DNA from: Gemmatimonadota bacterium
Lineage (GTDB): Bacteria; Gemmatimonadota; Gemmatimonadetes; Palauibacterales; Palauibacteraceae
Reading direction: 5' to 3'
DNA: 64,000 nucleotides
NCBI GenBank assembly: GCA_039588275.1
Contig: JBDHAC010000008.1
Location: 1-64,000 of the forward strand
The translations under genes and the position numbers were made by a program. Below the pieces are notes generated by a model that ran no database searches, had not been told where the DNA came from, and saw only the letters and a program-made list of their open reading frames with translations. This document shows positions 58,238-64,000 of this stretch, in pieces (the first letter of the stretch is position 1; each line of letters starts with the position of its first letter).

Positions 58238-60334
58238 ATGAGTCACAGAATCGAACGCGAGTTCCACGGTCGGAAGCTAATCATCGAGACGGGGCGTATG
58301 GCGCGCCAGGCCGATGGAGCCGTGATGGTCCAATACGGCGAGACGGCCGTGCTGGTCACGGCGGTCGCCCAGCGGCACCCCACACACCTCCCGTTCTTCC
58401 CCCTTACGATCGAGTACAGGGAGAAGAGCTATGCGGCCGGGAAGTTTCCGGGGGGCTTCATCAAGCGCGAGGGCCGACCGGGCGACAAAGAGATCGTATC
58501 GGCCCGTCAGATCGACCGCCCCCTGCGCGACCTCTTCCCGGATGACTACCAGAACGAGACGCAGGTCGCGTGCTTCGTCATTTCGGCCGACCAGGAAAAC
58601 GACGCGGATGTGATCGGCATGGTGGGCGCCTCCGCGGCGCTGAGCCTCTCACCGATCCCGTGGGACGGTCCTATCGGCGGCGTGCGTGTCGGTCGGATCG
58701 AGGGGGAATGGCTGATCAATCCCACCTTCTCCCAGCTGGACATGTGCGACCTCGAGATCGTGGTCGCGGGTACGACTGATTCGATCGTGATGGTCGAGGG
58801 CGCCTGCCTCGAGATCTCCGAAGACGAGTTCCTGGAGGCGCTCGAGATCGCGCACACCGCGATTCGAGAGCTCATCGACATGCAGCACGAGCTCGCCCAA
58901 GCGACCGGTGGTGCGCCACCCAACTTCGAGTACACCAGCCAGCAGCCGGACCCGGAGTTGAAGGAGCGTGTGGAGAGCGCGGCGACGGACAGGGTCGCCG
59001 AGGCGCTCACGCTGCCGCTCAAAGAGGAGCGAAATCAGGCGCTAGCGACCCTGCGGGACGAGTTGGCGGCCGAGTTCGAGGCCGAGTTCCCGGAGAGCGC
59101 GAACGAGGTCAAGGATGTCGTGCGAGCGCTCGAGAAGCGCGTCATGCGTCAGCGGATTCTGGATGACGGGGAGCGGTTGGACGGACGTGGGCTGACGGAG
59201 GTTCGCTCGATCTCGTGCGATGTCGGGATTCTTCCACGCACGCATGGATCGGCCCTGTTCACCCGCGGGCAGACACAAGCGTTGGCCGTCACGACGCTCG
59301 GGACCGTGAGGGACGAGCAGCGAATCGACTCGGTCGATGTCCGCGAGGAGACCTCGAAGTCGTTCATGCTTCATTACAACTTTCCGCCCTTCTCGGTGGG
59401 CGAGGTGCGCATGTTCCGGGGTGCGAGTCGTCGCGAGATCGGGCATGGGATGCTCGCGGAGCGGGCGCTTCAATCCCTACTGCCGCCGTACGAGGAGTTT
59501 CCGTATACCGTGCGGATCGTCTCCGACATCCTCGAGTCAAACGGTTCAAGCTCGATGGCGACCGTTTGCGGGGGTTCGCTGTCACTGATGGACGCGGGCG
59601 TGCCGTTGCGGGGCCCGTGCGCGGGCATCGCGATGGGTCTCATCCAGGAGGGCGATCGGACGGCCGTGCTGACCGATATCCTCGGCGTCGAGGATGCACT
59701 CGGCGACATGGACTTCAAGATCGCCGGTACGGAGACGGGGATTACCGCGGTCCAGATGGACAACAAGGTCGGCGGTCTCTCGGTGGAGACCATGCGTCAG
59801 GCTCTCGAACAGGCTCGCGTCGCGCGCCTCCACATCCTCGAGATCATGAATCAGACCCTGGGTGACCCCCGCAGCGAAATGTCGCAGTACGCGCCGCGGA
59901 TCATCACGGTCCAGATCAACCCCGAGAAGATCGGTGAGGTGATCGGACCGAAGGGGAAGACGATCAGGGCGCTTCAGGACGAGACCGGGGCCGAGATCAA
60001 CATCGACGACTCGGGGGTGGTCACGATCTCCTCGGTTTCGGGTGAGGGAGGAGAGCGGGCCCGCGAGATGATCGAAGCTATCGCGCAGGACCCGGAGGTT
60101 GGCCGTGTGTACCATGGCGTCGTGAAGAACACCACCACGTTCGGGGCCTTCGTGGAGATCATCCCGGGAGTCGAGGGGCTATGTCATATCTCCGAGCTGG
60201 AGGAGGGACGCACGGAGCAGACCGAAGATGTGGTCAAGGCCGGCGACGAGGTCATGGTCAAGCTCCTGTCCATCGACGACAGAGGGCGCCTCAAGCTCTC
60301 TCGCAGGGCCGCCATGCAACCACAGGATTCGTGA
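58238..60334 (+). CDS. pnp: Polyribonucleotide nucleotidyltransferase
   Basis: FFPLT, GGFIKREGRP, HGSALFTRGQTQ, RREIGHG, GDMDFK, KH and S1 domains. Confidence 0.98.
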   Translation: MSHRIEREFHGRKLIIETGRMARQADGAVMVQYGETAVLVTAVAQRHPTHLPFFPLTIEYREKSYAAGKFPGGFIKREGRPGDKEIVSARQIDRPLRDLFPDDYQNETQVACFVISADQENDADVIGMVGASAALSLSPIPWDGPIGGVRVGRIEGEWLINPTFSQLDMCDLEIVVAGTTDSIVMVEGACLEISEDEFLEALEIAHTAIRELIDMQHELAQATGGAPPNFEYTSQQPDPELKERVESAATDRVAEALTLPLKEERNQALATLRDELAAEFEAEFPESANEVKDVVRALEKRVMRQRILDDGERLDGRGLTEVRSISCDVGILPRTHGSALFTRGQTQALAVTTLGTVRDEQRIDSVDVREETSKSFMLHYNFPPFSVGEVRMFRGASRREIGHGMLAERALQSLLPPYEEFPYTVRIVSDILESNGSSSMATVCGGSLSLMDAGVPLRGPCAGIAMGLIQEGDRTAVLTDILGVEDALGDMDFKIAGTETGITAVQMDNKVGGLSVETMRQALEQARVARLHILEIMNQTLGDPRSEMSQYAPRIITVQINPEKIGEVIGPKGKTIRALQDETGAEINIDDSGVVTISSVSGEGGERAREMIEAIAQDPEVGRVYHGVVKNTTTFGAFVEIIPGVEGLCHISELEEGRTEQTEDVVKAGDEVMVKLLSIDDRGRLKLSRRAAMQPQDS

Positions 60335-60374
60335 TCTGCCGAGCCGACGCTCAGGTGGGCCCGTGGTCGTGGAG

Positions 60375-61637
60375 ATGTCCCAGCTGACCACGGCGCCGAC
60401 CGAGCGGCTCGACACGCACGCTTACCGCACGAAGCTCAAGGGCGGGCCGATCGTCCTGTCCGAGCGGATGGATTCCGTCCGGTCGGTCGGCGTGGGAATC
60501 TGGTTCACACAGGGACGCCTTCACGAATCCGAAGCAGAGCAGGGGATCTCGCACCTGCTCGAACACATGGTCTTCAAGGGTACCCGGAGGCGCTCCGCGC
60601 GTGAGCTAGCGTTCTCGCTCGAGCGCTTGGGGGGATCCATCGATGCCTTCACGACGCACGAGGCCACCGCGTTCCAGGCTCGCGTTCCCGGTCATGCCCT
60701 CGCGCAGGCGGTGGACGTGCTCGCCGATCTTAGCTTTCAACCTCTCCTCCGAGCTCGCGATCTCAAGCCGGAGCGGCACGTCATCTACGAGGAGCTCGCG
60801 GCCATCGAGGATACGCCGGAAGATCTCGTTTTCGAGCTCCACGCATCATTCATGTACGATGGCCATCCGTACGGCGCGCCCATCATGGGAACCCGCGAAT
60901 CGATCGCCTCGATCGGACGCGATGCCCTCGTCGACCTGCACAATTCGGCGTATCGTTCACGTCGGGCGGTGATTGCGGCGGCGGGGCACGTCGATCACGG
61001 CGAGCTCCTGGAGCTCGTCGAACGGTTCGTCCCGACCGATGGCTTGCCACGCGATCCGGCACAGCCCGAGAGAGCCGTAGCCAGAGCAGGTGCCCGGCGG
61101 ATACAGCGGCCCAACGCACGTCAGAGTCATCTCGTCGCTGGCGGGCTGACGGTCCCGTACCGCGACCCGCTACGGTACGCTATCGTACTCGTCAACACGG
61201 CTCTGGGCGGCGGAATGAGCTCGCGCCTCTTCCAGTCCATTCGGGAAGAGCGAGGGCTCGCCTACGCCGTGTACAGCTTTCACGCGTTCCTCGCGCACGG
61301 TGGCCATGTCGGCGCGTACGTGGGAACGAGCCCGGACACGAGCGGTGAAGCACGCGAGCTCCTCCTCGAGATGCTCCGCGACCTGGCTGAGAACGGCTTG
61401 TCGGCCGAGGAGATCGCTGCGACGAAGAGGGAGCTCCAGGGACGATTACTGTTGTCTCTGGAAACCCCCGGCGCGCGGATGAACCGCCTGGCGGGCTTGG
61501 CGCTGTACGGCCAACCTTATCGCCGATTGGACGAGATCTCGGAGCGAATCGAGGCGATCACGGTGGAGCAGGTGCGGGAGGCCGAGCAGTTCTTCCACCC
61601 TGACCACTTGGCCGTCCTCGAGCTGTGCCCCGCATAG
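60375..61637 (+). CDS. M16 family zinc peptidase
   Basis: HLLEHMVFKGT (HxxEH), GGGMSSRLFQSIREERGLAY; conserved position after pnp. Confidence 0.94.
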   Translation: MSQLTTAPTERLDTHAYRTKLKGGPIVLSERMDSVRSVGVGIWFTQGRLHESEAEQGISHLLEHMVFKGTRRRSARELAFSLERLGGSIDAFTTHEATAFQARVPGHALAQAVDVLADLSFQPLLRARDLKPERHVIYEELAAIEDTPEDLVFELHASFMYDGHPYGAPIMGTRESIASIGRDALVDLHNSAYRSRRAVIAAAGHVDHGELLELVERFVPTDGLPRDPAQPERAVARAGARRIQRPNARQSHLVAGGLTVPYRDPLRYAIVLVNTALGGGMSSRLFQSIREERGLAYAVYSFHAFLAHGGHVGAYVGTSPDTSGEARELLLEMLRDLAENGLSAEEIAATKRELQGRLLLSLETPGARMNRLAGLALYGQPYRRLDEISERIEAITVEQVREAEQFFHPDHLAVLELCPA

Positions 61638-61657
61638 TTCTTTGAGGAGACCGAGCA

Positions 61658-62770
61658 ATGGTCGTAGGAGTTCCTAAAGAGATCAAGGCGGACGAAAACC
61701 GCGTCGCATTAATCCCCGCCGGAGCCGACGCCCTCGCCCAGCGGGGCCACGAGGTACTCATCGAGTCGGGTGCCGGGAGCGGCAGCGGTTTCACGGACGA
61801 GGCCTACGCGCGGGCGGGTGTGACGCTGATCGACGACCCGAACGAATTGTGGGCGCGCGCGGACATGATCGTCAAGGTCAAGGAGCCGATCGAATCCGAG
61901 TACGGTCGGATGCGAGAGGATCAGGTCGTCTTCACCTACTTCCATTTCGCCGCGGACGAAACGCTCACCCGCCAGGTGCTTGCCAGCGGAATCGTAGCCA
62001 TCGCGTACGAGACGGTCGAATTGCCCACCGGCGAGTTGCCTCTGCTAACGCCGATGTCGGAAGTGGCGGGGCGCATGGCGGTGCAGGAGGGGGCTAAGTA
62101 TCTGGAGAAGACGGCTGGCGGGTACGGGATTCTCCTCGGCGGCGTTCCAGGTGTCCTGCCGGCCGAAGTCGTCATCATCGGCGGCGGTGTAGTCGGTACG
62201 AACGCCGCGACCATCGCCGCGGGCTTCGGTGCGCACGTGACGATCCTCGACCTCGACTTGGAGCGCCTCCGATACCTCTCCGAAGTCATGCCGGCCAACG
62301 TCGACACGCTCTATTCGAACCGCCACAACATCCTCGAGCAGATCGAGAGGGCGGACGTGCTCATCGGTGCGGTACTGTTGACGGGTGGTAAAGCGCCCAA
62401 GCTGGTCCTGCGCAACGACCTCAAGCGCATGAAGAATGGGTCGGTGATCGTCGACGTCGCCGTGGACCAGGGAGGGTGCGTCGAGACGGCTCATCCGACT
62501 ACTCACCACGAGCCGACGTTCGTGGTCGATGGCGTCATCCATTATTGCGTGGCCAACATGCCCGGCGCCGTTCCCCGGACTTCCACGCTGGCGCTTACGA
62601 ACGCCACGTTCCCGTACGTGCTGACGCTCGCGGACAAGGGTTGGAAGACCGCCTGCGCGGAAGATGGACCGCTCACGCTCGGCGTGAACGCCGTCGACGG
62701 CCGCTGTACCTACGGGGCGGTCGCGGAGGCGTTCGATCTCGACTACACGCCGCTGGAGGAGGTACTGTAG
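61658..62770 (+). CDS. ald: Alanine dehydrogenase
   Basis: GVPKEIK, KVKEP, PMSEVAGR, DVAVDQGGC, VANMPGAVPRTST. Confidence 0.97.
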   Translation: MVVGVPKEIKADENRVALIPAGADALAQRGHEVLIESGAGSGSGFTDEAYARAGVTLIDDPNELWARADMIVKVKEPIESEYGRMREDQVVFTYFHFAADETLTRQVLASGIVAIAYETVELPTGELPLLTPMSEVAGRMAVQEGAKYLEKTAGGYGILLGGVPGVLPAEVVIIGGGVVGTNAATIAAGFGAHVTILDLDLERLRYLSEVMPANVDTLYSNRHNILEQIERADVLIGAVLLTGGKAPKLVLRNDLKRMKNGSVIVDVAVDQGGCVETAHPTTHHEPTFVVDGVIHYCVANMPGAVPRTSTLALTNATFPYVLTLADKGWKTACAEDGPLTLGVNAVDGRCTYGAVAEAFDLDYTPLEEVL

Positions 62771-63057
62771 GCGGGAGGCCAGGTCGCCGGCGAGCCAGCT
62801 TCCCCGGCCGTCACGCCGCTCGTCGGATCCTTCCTTTCGCTATGTGAATGTTGCATTTACATTGGGCGTTCCGCACGATCGGACGGTCCTCCGGGCCGGC
62901 ATCGCGGGACGGAACGGCCTCCCGGGGCCCGTGTGGAGCCGTCTCGGGTGCGCCGCGATGCGCCGGCATCGCGGGCTCGCGCCGTGACTATCAGGGGGAC
63001 ACCCCCGAAGTGCACGGGTCTTGCGAGGTGGAGGTCGGGAAGGAGGAGGAGGAGGCG

Positions 63058-63114
63058 ATGGACACGAACCGGCGACGATCCGGGCGGCGCCCTGCCGCCA
63101 TGCCCATTCTCTGA
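63058..63114 (+). CDS. Putative 18-aa upstream ORF coupled to mreB (MDTNRRRSGRRPAAMPIL)
   Basis: AGGAGGAGGAGGAGG SD before the ATG; stop overlaps the mreB start (TGATG). Confidence 0.4.
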   Translation: MDTNRRRSGRRPAAMPIL

Positions 63115-64000
63115 TGGCCAAGTGGTCCCTGCGCGGCAGTCTCCTGCCGATCAACAACATCGGGGTCGACCTCGGTACCGCGAACACCCTCATCTACGTC
63201 GAGGGCGAGGGCATCGTCATGAACGAGCCCTCGGTCGTCGCGGTCGAAAAGGACTCGGGACGAATCAAGGGAATCGGTCTCGAGGCCAAGCGCATGCTGG
63301 GGCGTACGCCGGCCGCCATCGAGGCCGTTCGGCCGCTCAAGGATGGCGTGATCGCGGATGTCGACATCACCGAGATCATGCTCCGCTACTTCCTCAAGAC
63401 CGTGACGGCGAACCGGGTCTTCAAGATCCGACCGCGAATCGTGGTCGGCGTGCCCTCGGGCATCACGGAGCTCGAGCGCCGCGCCGTGAGATCCAGCGCG
63501 CACGCCGCGGGAGCCAAAGAGGTCTACATGGTCTCAGAGCCCATGGCCGCCGCGATCGGCGTGGGGCTCCCGGTCGAGACCCCCACGGGGAACATGGTGA
63601 TCGACGTGGGTGGGGGCACGACCGAGATCGCCGTGATCGCGCTCGCAGGCTCCGTGGCCGACACCTCCATCCGGGTGGGGGGTGATGAGATGGACGCCGC
63701 CATCCTCGGCTTCCTCCGGAAGAACTACAACCTCCTCATCGGAGAGCCGACCGCCGAGGCGATCAAGATCCAGATCGGCTCCGCCTACCCGATCGACGAG
63801 GAAAGGGAGATGATGGTCAAGGGTCGTGACCTCGTCTCCGGCATACCGAAGACCGTCCGCGTGCACTCGGCGGAGATTCGCGAGTGCATGCAGGAGCCGA
63901 TTCAACAGATCGTCGGCGCGGTGCGCAGGGCACTCGAGATCACTCCCCCCGAGTTGGCGTCGGATATCGTGGACCGCGGGATCGTGATGACGGGGGGCGG
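63114..64000 (+). CDS. mreB: Rod shape-determining protein MreB, partial (runs off the right edge)
   Basis: Own translation: GVDLGTANTLIY, NEPSVVA, RPLKDGVIAD, EPMAAAIG, DVGGGTTE, PPELASDI..RGIVMTGG. Confidence 0.97.
   Translation, partial: MAKWSLRGSLLPINNIGVDLGTANTLIYVEGEGIVMNEPSVVAVEKDSGRIKGIGLEAKRMLGRTPAAIEAVRPLKDGVIADVDITEIMLRYFLKTVTANRVFKIRPRIVVGVPSGITELERRAVRSSAHAAGAKEVYMVSEPMAAAIGVGLPVETPTGNMVIDVGGGTTEIAVIALAGSVADTSIRVGGDEMDAAILGFLRKNYNLLIGEPTAEAIKIQIGSAYPIDEEREMMVKGRDLVSGIPKTVRVHSAEIRECMQEPIQQIVGAVRRALEITPPELASDIVDRGIVMTGG

Overview
High-GC bacterial chromosome segment. Gene content and order resemble Gemmatimonadota; this is my recognition, not a search result. About 95% is densely packed core genome, mostly on the + strand. 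In order: hinT-mutS2-dnaG-Zn-ribbon-recJ-rsmD-coaD-pta; a STAS plus fused kinase/phosphatase partner-switching pair; rsmA; rex with a perfect Rex box, followed by a truncated arginine deiminase and an acyl-CoA/leucine catabolism cluster; glyA; nnr-thiL-plsC; eno-ftsB-tRNA(CAT). Next comes a ~3 kb integrase-bearing island remnant, then thiI-uppS-cdsA-dxr-rseP, a minus-strand manC/glmU-like/MBL operon, serS-HK-uvrD, murA (Cys-to-Asp variant)-pgeF, the rimP-nusA-infB-rbfA-truB-ribF-rpsO-pnp superoperon, an M16 peptidase, ald and the start of mreB. I found no CRISPR array, rRNA, IS element or defence system, and I cannot claim a complete new system. The best candidates for undescribed biology are: (i) a structured mreB leader with alternative pairings and a strong-SD 18-aa uORF coupled to mreB; (ii) the island's compact divergent promoter/operator switch, and a truncated island gene running in frame into thiI; (iii) a pseudo-receiver/kinase/PP2C fusion with its STAS partner; (iv) the arcA deletion scar; (v) a self-complementary in-frame insertion in serS. 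All structures and promoters were read by eye.
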